64,000 bases of DNA from a virus (taxonomy: Duplodnaviria > Caudoviricetes), in IMG/VR virus record IMGVR_UViG_2905373006_000003, positions 1-64,000 of that record; one strand, given 5' to 3'. Below are positions 9,950 to 19,809 of this stretch, piece after piece; positions within the stretch are counted from its first letter, which is position 1; the number at the start of each line of letters is the position of its first letter. Under the pieces are notes generated by a model. It saw only the letters and a list, made by a program, of their open reading frames with translations. It was not told where the DNA came from and did no database searches. The translations under genes and the position numbers were made by a program.

Positions 9950-10098
9950 AAATACTAACCATTAGTAATGTTAATCATTTATTAAACCATATCATATTTA
10001 GATATAAATATACCACTATTAGCTTTATGATGAAGCCAGCGCTTCGTTATAACGATTGGTAATGGCGATCTCCCACAAATCAAACGCCTCTTCTAAAT

Positions 10099-10557
10099 CT
10101 ATTGACGTTTTGAGTTCGGTGAGCGTGGCGAAACCGGCTGAGATGATGACGGCAAAGAAGCCATCAGCGTTTTTATAATCGACGGGAGTGAACCGGTGAT
10201 TTTGTTGAGCAGGAATTGGAGGAAACCTTGGCTCCCGTCTTTGCCGAAAAAACTGGTGTTATACTTCAACATTTCCAGTTCTAGACGAATAAGGGCTTCA
10301 CCATCGGGCACATGATTATCAATTAATGTGCTGGTCTTCAGATAAATCTCTTGTCCCTCTTTTTCCACTGCAACATACGCCATCATCTTTAACATGGCTT
10401 CTTTGCTGACTTCATAGTCGCCAATTTTAGGTGTATTGGATAAAGGGTATTTTGCCAGAATTTCACGTCCAATCGTTGCCGGTAATCGGCTAATAATAAA
10501 AGTGTGCTCTTCACGATCAGCATCGGTGATCGTAATTTCTTTCGGTTTAATTAACAT
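10099..10557 (-). CDS. Tail assembly chaperone (gpG-like); -1 frameshift product extends to 10025
   Basis: Start MLIKPKEI; slippery T TTT TTC at 10252-10246; -1 frame open to TAA at 10027-10025. Confidence 0.8.
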   Translation of the reverse strand: MLIKPKEITITDADREEHTFIISRLPATIGREILAKYPLSNTPKIGDYEVSKEAMLKMMAYVAVEKEGQEIYLKTSTLIDNHVPDGEALIRLELEMLKYNTSFFGKDGSQGFLQFLLNKITGSLPSIIKTLMASLPSSSQPVSPRSPNSKRQ

Positions 10558-10597
10558 GATTAATATCCATAAAAAAAGGCGGAATAACCGCCTAGAA

Positions 10598-11050
10598 TTA
10601 ACGTGCGCGAGTGCGATCGAAGTCTTGAAATACGAAGGTATACGCTTTGGATTTGTGTCGTCCTGCACTGGCAACAGAGCTACCACGACTACCATTGGTA
10701 ATTTTCCCGTTGCGTGCCGTGGTTGTTGAACCATCACCATACGAAGCGACCATGGTGATAATATCCCCTGCATGCCGTTGTCCACGTCGTGCAGTGTTCG
10801 ATTCCAGTAAGATAGCGAGGTTTTCATCTTCTTCACTACCGGCTAACACGTTAATGGTGACCGTTTGAGGTGTTGGTGTTGACCATGTCACCAAATTACC
10901 GTTGATATCCATTCCTGTTTGCGCAATGTCCACGGCAGGCAAATCTAACGGATCGGCATCATCTGCGAAGGCGGTAATTTGAATACCGGCGGGAAAGGTT
11001 TTATGAGCCTGAATAACAATACTCAAGCCAGTTGCTGATACATCATGCAT
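10598..11050 (-). CDS. Tail tube protein (DUF3277-like)
   Basis: Follows the sheath; ITAFADD motif. Confidence 0.8.
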   Translation of the reverse strand: MHDVSATGLSIVIQAHKTFPAGIQITAFADDADPLDLPAVDIAQTGMDINGNLVTWSTPTPQTVTINVLAGSEEDENLAILLESNTARRGQRHAGDIITMVASYGDGSTTTARNGKITNGSRGSSVASAGRHKSKAYTFVFQDFDRTRAR

Positions 11051-11060
11051 ATTGTGTTCC

Positions 11061-12548
11061 TTACACTAAGTTGTGAGAGCCTTCGACTTTACGAACCCAG
11101 TCGCCCTTACCGTAAATCAATACGTATTTCATCACGTACTCGGGTAAATCAGATGGACCTGTGTTTTCGACAATTTGAGCGTTGTACCAATAGCCTTTGT
11201 TTTGTACATCGTGCCACGCTAAATCATCACCAGAAGCGTCTGTCACTGCAATTTTTTGCACATCGGTTAAGGTTTTTCCCGCTAGGATCGTGCCGTTATT
11301 AATCGCCTTGGTCACCGCCCCTGCAATCACCATCATCGCCCGTGCTTCACCGTCTTTATTGGCGGGTACTCCGCGTGTGGCCATAAGTAAACTAAACCAC
11401 TGTTGCGCGATGTAGGCTTTTAACCATTGCTCATTAGCATGGACACTCATATCTAATGGGTTAGCAACCCCACCACATAAGAAGCCACGTTGATAGAAAC
11501 TGATATGTGAACCCGATACCGCCGTTTCTCCGTAATAGTTCACCCGTAGTTTATCTAAGCGATCCGCATCGATATCGGTCGTGATTTGCGATGGGAACGT
11601 GACACCAAATTGACGATACATATAGTTTGTTGTCGCATTGGTGCGGTCATAATCCGTGGCGGACATAATGGCCATAGGTAACGCTTGAACAAAGAAGTTA
11701 TCTGCTGTTTTTAGGTTTAAGCCCGTTGAAGCTGTACCCACCAACGCCCCGCTAAAATCTTCTGCATTTTGATTGGTCACAGACAAGTGCAATTGATACT
11801 TCACGTTTTCGCCTGCCACGTACTGCGCCAGCTCTACGGCATGCTCTAATGAGAGTTCCGTTAAAAACGTTGCACTACCAAAAGAGTCAGAAACAGCCTC
11901 AGAAGCAATAAAGGCTTGTAACGGGGTTTGCGCTGGATTACCGGCTGATGATGTACCGTGGCTAATATTCATTGCATCAGCAAGTACCGATTGACGCACA
12001 CTAATATCTGCACGCTCTTGTACACCACCGCTAATGACAAAGGCACTATCCAGTGAATTAAATGTGACGTAAGCACTAGCAAATTGAGGCTCGCTTTCTG
12101 CATTTAATTTCGCTTGCACAGCTGTTGCAACATCCGCGTATGACGTACTTTCAGAGAGATCAATCCCAGTGATTGTTTTAGTCACCTTGCCGATAGTGAT
12201 ATTGAGTTCACCCTCATTAATCAATTTTAAATCAGCTAAATCGCCTGTCTTTTCGCCAAACAAGGTAGGCGCTCGACCAACAGGCTCATAAGAGGCAATT
12301 TGCAGTTCTTTCGGCTTACTTGCCGGTGCTGGACTGACATAGCTGAAATACTGACGCGCAAAATGCGCCTCGGGGGAGTCAGTACCCAATAAGTCATCCA
12401 CTTGGCCACTGGCAAACTCAAGCACTTTACCAGCAGGAATTTTAGGGTTTGTTGAAAAAACACGAGCCGTGAGCTTACGCATCGGTACAGCAGACGCGCC
12501 AATCACCGCACTCGCGATATCGACATAGCGAGTTTGTTTGATAGACAT
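11061..12548 (-). CDS. Tail sheath protein (DUF3383-like)
   Basis: 495 aa, NYYG and NEQWLK motifs. Confidence 0.85.
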   Translation of the reverse strand: MSIKQTRYVDIASAVIGASAVPMRKLTARVFSTNPKIPAGKVLEFASGQVDDLLGTDSPEAHFARQYFSYVSPAPASKPKELQIASYEPVGRAPTLFGEKTGDLADLKLINEGELNITIGKVTKTITGIDLSESTSYADVATAVQAKLNAESEPQFASAYVTFNSLDSAFVISGGVQERADISVRQSVLADAMNISHGTSSAGNPAQTPLQAFIASEAVSDSFGSATFLTELSLEHAVELAQYVAGENVKYQLHLSVTNQNAEDFSGALVGTASTGLNLKTADNFFVQALPMAIMSATDYDRTNATTNYMYRQFGVTFPSQITTDIDADRLDKLRVNYYGETAVSGSHISFYQRGFLCGGVANPLDMSVHANEQWLKAYIAQQWFSLLMATRGVPANKDGEARAMMVIAGAVTKAINNGTILAGKTLTDVQKIAVTDASGDDLAWHDVQNKGYWYNAQIVENTGPSDLPEYVMKYVLIYGKGDWVRKVEGSHNLV

Positions 12549-12556
12549 AACGTTCC

Positions 12557-13072
12557 TTAAATACGATAAATATCAGGATACAACGCACTCACGGCGTCTG
12601 TATCAGGATGAAGTATGCGATTAAATGTCACATTGAAATCAAATGAGGGGTTTTGTTCGTAGTTGCCCTGGTCATTCAGAAAATAAGGTGTTCGAATACC
12701 GCTTGCCCGCTGAACGCCAATGCCTTGTTTGCGGAGAGCTTCAACAAAGGGCAATGAATTGGCGATCATTCTGACAATAGCGGTAATATCACTCGCTGAA
12801 TAATGGCCCAACTGGGTAACGAAAGCCTGAACTTGGTACGTTTTTTCGGATAACTGGTTTTCTTGGTGATTGGCTTTATTGCCTTGAACGTTATATTTAC
12901 GCCCTTGCCAGCCGTAGCCGTTTTCATTAATGGGAAAGAACATCACCATATTATCTTCACGGCCTTGCTTAGTAGATTGAAAACCAGCTTTAACGGAGAT
13001 ATCAATACCGACCACTTTTAACTGCAACAAGAGCTGTTTTCGAATGGCGACATCAACTTCATAATCCGTCAT
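12557..13072 (-). CDS. Tail terminator/neck protein
   Basis: Position before the sheath. Confidence 0.65.
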   Translation of the reverse strand: MTDYEVDVAIRKQLLLQLKVVGIDISVKAGFQSTKQGREDNMVMFFPINENGYGWQGRKYNVQGNKANHQENQLSEKTYQVQAFVTQLGHYSASDITAIVRMIANSLPFVEALRKQGIGVQRASGIRTPYFLNDQGNYEQNPSFDFNVTFNRILHPDTDAVSALYPDIYRI

Positions 13073-13430
13073 AAGTACCCGCCTCGATACAGATCACCGA
13101 TTTCCAACCGTCTTGTTCGTACCAGTCTGCATCACCCACCACATCATATTTTCGACCATTGAATACAAGGAAATCAGGAGATGTTCCTCGTTGCACCGCT
13201 TTAATATCATGAGAGGTATATAAGCGTCGGTACACTTGGCTCGTATCTAATCCCATGGATTGAACATCTTGGGTATCGACCGCTTGCCAACTGCCACGAA
13301 CTTCTATCGGATCATAATAATAATTTTGGTCATTCCCTCGTTCATCGGGTGCCCGTTCTTTAAATCGAAACCAGAGCACCTTTTGCTGGGGAATATAACG
13401 TGAAGCAATACGATTTAAGTTACCAAACAT
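13059..13430 (-). CDS. Head closure/stopper protein
   Basis: Position; D..VFNGRKY.V motif. Confidence 0.65.
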   Translation of the reverse strand: MFGNLNRIASRYIPQQKVLWFRFKERAPDERGNDQNYYYDPIEVRGSWQAVDTQDVQSMGLDTSQVYRRLYTSHDIKAVQRGTSPDFLVFNGRKYDVVGDADWYEQDGWKSVICIEAGTYDGL

Positions 13431-13888
13431 TATTTATCCTCCACGACAAATGACACGGCTTGAAGCATTTGGCCGGTATCAACTAACGGCTTATCCGTGG
13501 CTTTACCTTTGCTATGGCGACGTGCTCTTGCTTTGACCGTTGACTCTTCCAGCGCTGGGGTGGTGACTGCTTTAATTGCCAATTTCACATCTCCCGCTAC
13601 CGTCGCACCAATTTGTGTCAGCCCATTATCCAGCGTGATGTTCCCCTTAATAGAGGCTTTCACAGCACGAAAAATTAACTGACTATAATCCTGCTTTTTG
13701 TCATTCATGGTCGGACGTAAAAATGGGCGAGGAGGAATGCCACCAGCCGGATAGCCCAACTCTTGAATAGCTGCAACATAAGCAATAGGTGTTCCATCGG
13801 GATATTTTGCGTGTTCAAAAAAACCAACACTTAATCGCTTTTTAGCCAATTCATCGTAAACCGCTTTTAATTGCGCTAATTTAGTCAT
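13430..13888 (-). CDS. Neck/tail completion protein
   Basis: IPPRPFLRPT and KPLVDTGQM motifs. Confidence 0.75.
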   Translation of the reverse strand: MTKLAQLKAVYDELAKKRLSVGFFEHAKYPDGTPIAYVAAIQELGYPAGGIPPRPFLRPTMNDKKQDYSQLIFRAVKASIKGNITLDNGLTQIGATVAGDVKLAIKAVTTPALEESTVKARARRHSKGKATDKPLVDTGQMLQAVSFVVEDK

Positions 13889-14325
13889 TAACGTAATCGC
13901 CCTCCTCGCGTAAATCGCCCACCTACACCACGAAATGCTGAACGTTCGCCACCACCACCCAAATATTGAGGGACGCTACAACGTTTGATCAGTGCAAGAA
14001 ACTGCTGGCCAAAGGTGGTCATTTTAAACCAGTGCGACCAATCCGAACCGGCAGGCGGTGCCGTAAATGACACGCTCACTTTATCGATAGTCACACTCGT
14101 CACCACACCGGTAGGCGACTCATCATCAGCAATCATTTTTCTAAGTGTTAGCATGTGTGCAACAACGAGCATCCACAGCTCGTTAGTGCAAACACCCTTA
14201 CAGGCAGAGAAATAGTTCAACGCAGATTGAGCAATGATATCTATTTCATCATCACCCACACCGTTAAACTGCGGATAGAGCACACGGAATGACGTTAAAG
14301 GAAATGTGCTCGTCTCCATGATCAC
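13888..14325 (-). CDS. Head-tail adaptor (DUF4054-like)
   Basis: FRVLYPQF, AHML, T.FGQQF motifs. Confidence 0.8.
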   Translation of the reverse strand: MIMETSTFPLTSFRVLYPQFNGVGDDEIDIIAQSALNYFSACKGVCTNELWMLVVAHMLTLRKMIADDESPTGVVTSVTIDKVSVSFTAPPAGSDWSHWFKMTTFGQQFLALIKRCSVPQYLGGGGERSAFRGVGGRFTRGGRLR

Positions 14326-14663
14326 TTACCTTTTTTGTTGGTTTTAGGAATGTCTAACTTTTCAGCTTCTAACGATTCTGGTGTGTCAGGAGCTGATTGG
14401 TCGCTCGCTTCCATATTGGTAGCAACTTTTTCGGGATCTTCTTTGCGTTCTTCAACGGTAATATACCCATTGTCACAATGAAGATTGAAAACGTGATTTT
14501 CTTTGAGCTGTTTGTATTGCTCGTCAGAAATTTCCGTCACACGACCACGTGGTGTGTACATGTGTTTGGTCATCACGTTCGCTTGACCGGCAATAAACAC
14601 TTTCCCGTCTTTCACGGTATAGTTCTGGTCATTTGATAAGGTACAATATGCGTAAAGAGGCAT
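14322..14663 (-). CDS. Hypothetical virion protein
   Basis: ORF with RBS in the head operon. Confidence 0.7.
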   Translation of the reverse strand: MPLYAYCTLSNDQNYTVKDGKVFIAGQANVMTKHMYTPRGRVTEISDEQYKQLKENHVFNLHCDNGYITVEERKEDPEKVATNMEASDQSAPDTPESLEAEKLDIPKTNKKGK

Positions 14664-14732
14664 GGAGTGCTCTCCTGTTGTTTAGATATAAAAAAGCCCT
14701 CAAATGAGGGCGCAAAAAGAGAAGTGGTAAGA

Positions 14733-15800
14733 TTAAATGCCGGTTAAGCGTGTCACCGCCCACGGACGGGTCACAAATACACCTGCAGTCGCATTGGTTG
14801 CATCTTCCATATACCCTTTAATTTGGTTGAGTGAACCTAATAACTGGTATTTCACAGGCACAACTTGCAAGATCACCGCACTGGTTGCCGTTGAACCATC
14901 ATCAATACTATCTGCGAACATATAGGCCACATCAGCCCCACCATTTGCGCCGACAAATTCAGGAGAGAAAACCAGACGCATATTTGGATAGTTTTCATTT
15001 ATCCATTGTTTGACTGTTTCACCGCGTGCGACAGGATTAGCCACATTCAGAGCAGAACGAAAGCCCAACGGTAATGTTAAGGTGATTGGCGTATCATCTT
15101 TGATAATACCGCCAGAACTCGTTTCAATGCGCGAGAACATATCGGTAATATCAGCAGTAATATCCGCAAAGGTTCCCCCTTTCCATTTGCCTTTTGCGGT
15201 TTCATAGGCGGGTAAGTTAGGCTCATTCATCAAACCAAAGACGCGTGTTTCAGGGCTATTAAACCCGTAGTAACCCACTCGCTCACGCCCTTGCTCTAAT
15301 GATTCAGTCACTGAATTGCGCTTTTCTTCCATAGCAACAAAGCCTGCAGACGATTGGCGCGCTTCTTCTAATTTCCCCACTTGGAAACCTAATTCGAAAC
15401 GAACAAGACCACGGCGCTCTTGGTCTTGCGCATAAGACGCTAATGGCACATTAGTATGATCACCATAAAGCTCGGCTTTACCGGTTGGTGTCGCCACATT
15501 CAGAATGATCTCTTCATCATGCCATTCGCCCGCATTAACAATACCTGTGATTTCATCTAACACACGCACGCGCGTAGCAGTACGAATGACACCCGGTAAA
15601 ACGTGTTGCAACATTTCGCGTTGAATTAAGCCCCCCTGCATTGCACCACCACTGATCGCGGAGTCCATCGCAGAAAAACCACCAAAGCCGATTTGCGCTA
15701 ATTCCCCGTATGTCCATTTCTGATCAGGGTTAATATTTAGTTGGCCATGTTTTTTGACATCACGACCAGACATGTGAAACTTAATTTTACTGACTGGCAT
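14733..15800 (-). CDS. Major capsid protein (DUF2184-like)
   Basis: AMD N-terminal motif, GLMNEPNLP, GVFVTRPWA. Confidence 0.88.
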   Translation of the reverse strand: MPVSKIKFHMSGRDVKKHGQLNINPDQKWTYGELAQIGFGGFSAMDSAISGGAMQGGLIQREMLQHVLPGVIRTATRVRVLDEITGIVNAGEWHDEEIILNVATPTGKAELYGDHTNVPLASYAQDQERRGLVRFELGFQVGKLEEARQSSAGFVAMEEKRNSVTESLEQGRERVGYYGFNSPETRVFGLMNEPNLPAYETAKGKWKGGTFADITADITDMFSRIETSSGGIIKDDTPITLTLPLGFRSALNVANPVARGETVKQWINENYPNMRLVFSPEFVGANGGADVAYMFADSIDDGSTATSAVILQVVPVKYQLLGSLNQIKGYMEDATNATAGVFVTRPWAVTRLTGI

Positions 15801-16297
15801 TATTCACCTTCCTTTGGAGATGCTGGATATGGGATTTCTGTTAAACGAATAATGCCCAAGTGAGCACTTTCTGTTGACTCAAGGTGTCGGCTGATAAAAC
15901 CAATGACACGATCACCGGCACTAATGGTGGCTTTCGAAGATAGCGAGCCGTCTGCTTCATCAAAAACAACCGGTGCGTTGATTTTTCCTGCCACTTCTTT
16001 TAGTTCAACGAAAACCTCCCCCATTGTCAGGAATTCGCCCTGCGTACCATTACGAGCGAATTCTTCTTCGATACGATAGGCTTTAGGGTTAATCATGATC
16101 CCCGCAAATGCCCCTTTACCGCCCACTTGAACGGATTCCACTGAATCATCTTTGTAGGTATAGGCGCGACCGAAAATATTCAGCTTTTCATCTGCTGAAC
16201 TGAGAATGGCGGAAACAGCGCGAATAGGGCCTGCATGACTAATTTCACCGACAACACCAGAAATTAAGCCGTTTGCTACTGATTTAGGAATTGCCAT
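15800..16297 (-). CDS. Capsid decoration/cement protein
   Basis: Between protease and MCP. Confidence 0.7.
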   Translation of the reverse strand: MAIPKSVANGLISGVVGEISHAGPIRAVSAILSSADEKLNIFGRAYTYKDDSVESVQVGGKGAFAGIMINPKAYRIEEEFARNGTQGEFLTMGEVFVELKEVAGKINAPVVFDEADGSLSSKATISAGDRVIGFISRHLESTESAHLGIIRLTEIPYPASPKEGE

Positions 16298-17556
16298 TAT
16301 TTAGCTCCCCATTTATCCATAATTGATTTATTGCTCACTGCAGAGTCCATTGTTGAGCTGGTCTTTTGAGAATCAGGCACACGCCCTTGCATCCAAGCAT
16401 CAAGAGCAATGGCTTCTGTACCTTTACTGCATTGAATACCCAGTTTTTCAACACCGTACTCGGCAACTTGTTGTTGAGTCATGGCTGAGTGGTCAAACAC
16501 ACCAATAAATGGCGTTAATTTATGCGCTAACGAATCACGCGCACCGATTTGTTTGAGTAACTCCCCCGTATCCATTGCGGGTTTGGCTTTTTCTAATCGC
16601 TTAATTTTACGTTTTAGCGATGCCATTTCGTCCATGGCGGTCATGCTACGATTTAGGCGTTTTAAACGACGATGAAGTCCATCGGTAGTGGCTTGGTCAA
16701 GATGCTCTTTGGCTTCTTCAATCGCTTCGACAGCTTCTTCAATGGCGACTTCGGCTTTCTCGACTGCTTCAGGTTCGCCAGATTCAGCCTCTTCTGTGGC
16801 AATTTCGGCTTTTTCCACTGCTTCTTCTGCTTTCTGCTCTTCGTCAGGATCAGAATCAGTTGAAGGTTTTTTCTCTTCTTCTGGATCATTATCTGTTGCA
16901 GGTTGAGTGCTGGTGATGACTTCCTTGATAATGGCTTTTAACGCTTCCAATTGCTCGGGCGTAAATGCACCCTCATCAGTGGTTTGCTTCTCTTTGTTTT
17001 CTTCTTCGTTCATGCGAATAAGTTCCTTTGTGTCTATGGTAATAACGGAATGGTCTTGCACAGCAACATCAGCGCCAGTGCGCCCTTCATCGACTAACGC
17101 AAGATGGTTGGCTCTAATATGCCGTTGTATGGCGTCATAACGTTCACCGTTAAATTCGCCTGGTGTGAAATCGTAAATACAGCGATAACCTGGAGATAAT
17201 TCAATTTTTCCTCCTTCAATTTGGTTAAGCGCTGAATTAGACAGGATTTTGATATTGCCTCTGAGATAGGGGTATTCAAAATAGACTCGCTCCCCGATGA
17301 CCCCTTGTATCCCCTTTGTCTCCGCGGGTGTACCGTCTTTCCCTAACATTTCATGCTCATCAACAAAGGGCATTAATTTGAAAGAATTAATTGTCTCTGT
17401 GCTGGCCAGTTCTTCTTGTGGGCGATACACCTTGTAAATTTTTTCGGGTATCGGTGCGCCAATTTCAAACCCTAAATAATCAAAAACCCCAACTTTAGAG
17501 ATGGGGTTATCTTTCACTTCCAGCCAGCCGTTTAAATCATATTGTCGTTTGGTCAT
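16297..17556 (-). CDS. Prohead protease/scaffold (DUF2213-like)
   Basis: [16 protein letters not shown] motifs; acidic scaffold C-terminus. Confidence 0.88.
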   Translation of the reverse strand: MTKRQYDLNGWLEVKDNPISKVGVFDYLGFEIGAPIPEKIYKVYRPQEELASTETINSFKLMPFVDEHEMLGKDGTPAETKGIQGVIGERVYFEYPYLRGNIKILSNSALNQIEGGKIELSPGYRCIYDFTPGEFNGERYDAIQRHIRANHLALVDEGRTGADVAVQDHSVITIDTKELIRMNEEENKEKQTTDEGAFTPEQLEALKAIIKEVITSTQPATDNDPEEEKKPSTDSDPDEEQKAEEAVEKAEIATEEAESGEPEAVEKAEVAIEEAVEAIEEAKEHLDQATTDGLHRRLKRLNRSMTAMDEMASLKRKIKRLEKAKPAMDTGELLKQIGARDSLAHKLTPFIGVFDHSAMTQQQVAEYGVEKLGIQCSKGTEAIALDAWMQGRVPDSQKTSSTMDSAVSNKSIMDKWGAK

Positions 17557-18407
17557 GTCTCCTCACCGAAATCTATTACGGGTGTCCAGAAGCACTTACA
17601 GTTTGGTAATTGTCCGGGCAAGCCACGCTCACCTGTCCGTTCATCAATCACAGGTGGGTTATCTAAATCAAACACTTCACCATCCAGACGCAGATGTAAT
17701 TCACGCGGTTCGGCACTACCAGCCGAGTGATGCCAAACTGCCTTACGAATACCGGCAGATTTCATACGCTCATAATTCACTGCAGTCGTGATTTTTCGTG
17801 TTTGATCAACAGCGATAAAATTCGCCCTTTTTTCAGTCACACTGCCTGTATGCCTAATTTCCTCTAATAGCGTCTTTGCGCCCTCTCCACCTTGGCTAAT
17901 AGAACGTAATGCAACACTTTCAATACGTTGATGAAATTGCAGTGGAATAGATTTAATTAACGATACGTTTTCAGCTGTAGAGGCAATAATTTTATCTTTC
18001 AGGGCTTCGGGCATGGCTGGGGTTTTGATGGTGATCCCCCCTGACAACTGTTTGAGAGAATCATCTAAATTACGCTTTGCGCCTATATCGACTTGGGAAA
18101 CAAATTTATCCGCAATCTCTGTGGATTTTTGTTTAAAAATCTTATCCCATTTGCGTTTTAGCCGATTAAGCCAGATGCGTGTTTGACTGGCAAAGCTGGC
18201 ATCCATCGTAAAACCGTCAAAGCCGTCATTTAATTCACTAAACACTTTTTCATAGTCTTTAATCATTGCATTAATGAGTCGTGACATGTCACCTTGATAA
18301 CGACTAGCTGGGGCGACTGAATACTGCAGAGGTTTCCCCTTCATGACCGCTTGACGCGAAATTGCCCATTGTGCTCGCTTCGTTCGTACTCGTATTCGCC
18401 TCGACAT
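17553..18407 (-). CDS. Head morphogenesis protein (SPP1 gp7/Mu F-like)
   Basis: [17 protein letters not shown] motifs. Confidence 0.88.
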   Translation of the reverse strand: MSRRIRVRTKRAQWAISRQAVMKGKPLQYSVAPASRYQGDMSRLINAMIKDYEKVFSELNDGFDGFTMDASFASQTRIWLNRLKRKWDKIFKQKSTEIADKFVSQVDIGAKRNLDDSLKQLSGGITIKTPAMPEALKDKIIASTAENVSLIKSIPLQFHQRIESVALRSISQGGEGAKTLLEEIRHTGSVTEKRANFIAVDQTRKITTAVNYERMKSAGIRKAVWHHSAGSAEPRELHLRLDGEVFDLDNPPVIDERTGERGLPGQLPNCKCFWTPVIDFGEET

Positions 18408-19806
18408 AATCTGCCTCGTTCACTTCAATGCCGTAATAGCTGGACTCTTTATTGCTGGCCAGTTTTTTACGGATATCTAACCCATCTATCGCACCCGTCG
18501 AAGCCAGTGCCACATCGGTCTGCGCTTCTTTCAGTTCAATATCCGCACTCTCAACAGCCGTCGGGCTATCAAGTGGCGCCCATGTGATAGAGATTTCTGT
18601 CACAGGTAAACCATCGCTACGCATTAACATGTCGTAATGACGCTGTAATAGATCTTCAAGGTCGTTTGATTGGATACTTTCAAGCTCTTCGCGGTAATTA
18701 GCCTCTTCGTATTCCCCTGTTGAGTTAAAGCCTTTCGGTGTAGTACCTAATAACTTTGTTGCCGGTACATTGGACGCCGATGCCACAAGCTGATATTGCG
18801 TCATAATCGTGGCGTCTAAATCCGCTAATGAGGTGTCGAACTGTTGAACAGTGTCACCACTGCCCGTCATTTGCACACCGTAGTTATCGCGCATCTCCAT
18901 AAAATAGAGCATGTTTTCATTGATAATGCTCTTATCTGCCGACTCAAGGTCTGCGATCCCCATCGTGAGTAAACGCTTAGTCATTGCCAATTGTGGCGCT
19001 TCATTGGCGGTACGTTCTGAAGCGTAGACACGCTCATAAATGCGCTCAGGAACAGAAACACCAAAGTAGTTGTACATTGGCTTCAAGACATTCGGCACAG
19101 GAAACGGTACAAACTTAATAAAGTGAGACTTGTGATACTTACGCCCACCAATCACATAATAGGTTGGCTCGTAGAAATCCATGCTAGCAGGATCTTGAAC
19201 ATTGGAATCCGTTAAATCGGCCGTTACCCATTGTGGATCAATCTGTTTAATACCTTTATACATCCCTTTAGTCACACCATCGATATTAAACGGGTTTTCG
19301 TACCACTCTTTCGGGTTTGATGTCTCCACAACGAATAATGCTAAGCGACCGCCGTATACTCTCCCAAAATGAACCAGCTCTTTCAGTTGGTGTGTAATAC
19401 GGTATTTTTTATCACGTTTACGGAGCTTTTTACTGATAGCGCGATCATCGTCGTTATCACAATCAATATCGTAACCCTGACGTATCGCATCACGCGCAGG
19501 CATATTGCAGGCTTTATCCACCAGCCAATGTTTAGCGATAACCGCACACATATTGTTGCCGATAAACATTTGTGAGGCATACCATGAGGCCTGTGACTCT
19601 GGCACACCGTAAACTTGTTCACCTTTAAATGAGGGCACGTAGCTATCAATGCTATCCATCGCAACACCTGCAATTGTGGGTTGGGGTAAATTAATCCCAT
19701 CAAAGCCCTGTTCTCGCGCCAGTGCAGGATATAAGTCAGTTGTAAATGCTGACCGTTTAACCGGTGCGAGTGGTTCTGTTTTTCGCCTCTTAAACGGCCA
19801 CCACAT
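18304..19806 (-). CDS. Portal protein (DUF1073-like)
   Basis: Follows terL; PATKLLG..PKGFNSTGE motif. Confidence 0.88.
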   Translation of the reverse strand: MWWPFKRRKTEPLAPVKRSAFTTDLYPALAREQGFDGINLPQPTIAGVAMDSIDSYVPSFKGEQVYGVPESQASWYASQMFIGNNMCAVIAKHWLVDKACNMPARDAIRQGYDIDCDNDDDRAISKKLRKRDKKYRITHQLKELVHFGRVYGGRLALFVVETSNPKEWYENPFNIDGVTKGMYKGIKQIDPQWVTADLTDSNVQDPASMDFYEPTYYVIGGRKYHKSHFIKFVPFPVPNVLKPMYNYFGVSVPERIYERVYASERTANEAPQLAMTKRLLTMGIADLESADKSIINENMLYFMEMRDNYGVQMTGSGDTVQQFDTSLADLDATIMTQYQLVASASNVPATKLLGTTPKGFNSTGEYEEANYREELESIQSNDLEDLLQRHYDMLMRSDGLPVTEISITWAPLDSPTAVESADIELKEAQTDVALASTGAIDGLDIRKKLASNKESSYYGIEVNEADYVEANTSTNEASTMGNFASSGHEGETSAVFSRPS

Positions 19807-19809
19807 AGA

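Noticed and set aside
10558-10836. N-terminal 93 aa of the 245-aa ORF 10099-10836
   Set aside because: It overlaps the tube gene and a terminator; the real start is most likely ATG 10557.
18304-19806. Anti-CBASS Acb1 call for the DUF1073-like protein
   Set aside because: Position and motifs indicate a portal; I see no HxT/HxT phosphoesterase domain.
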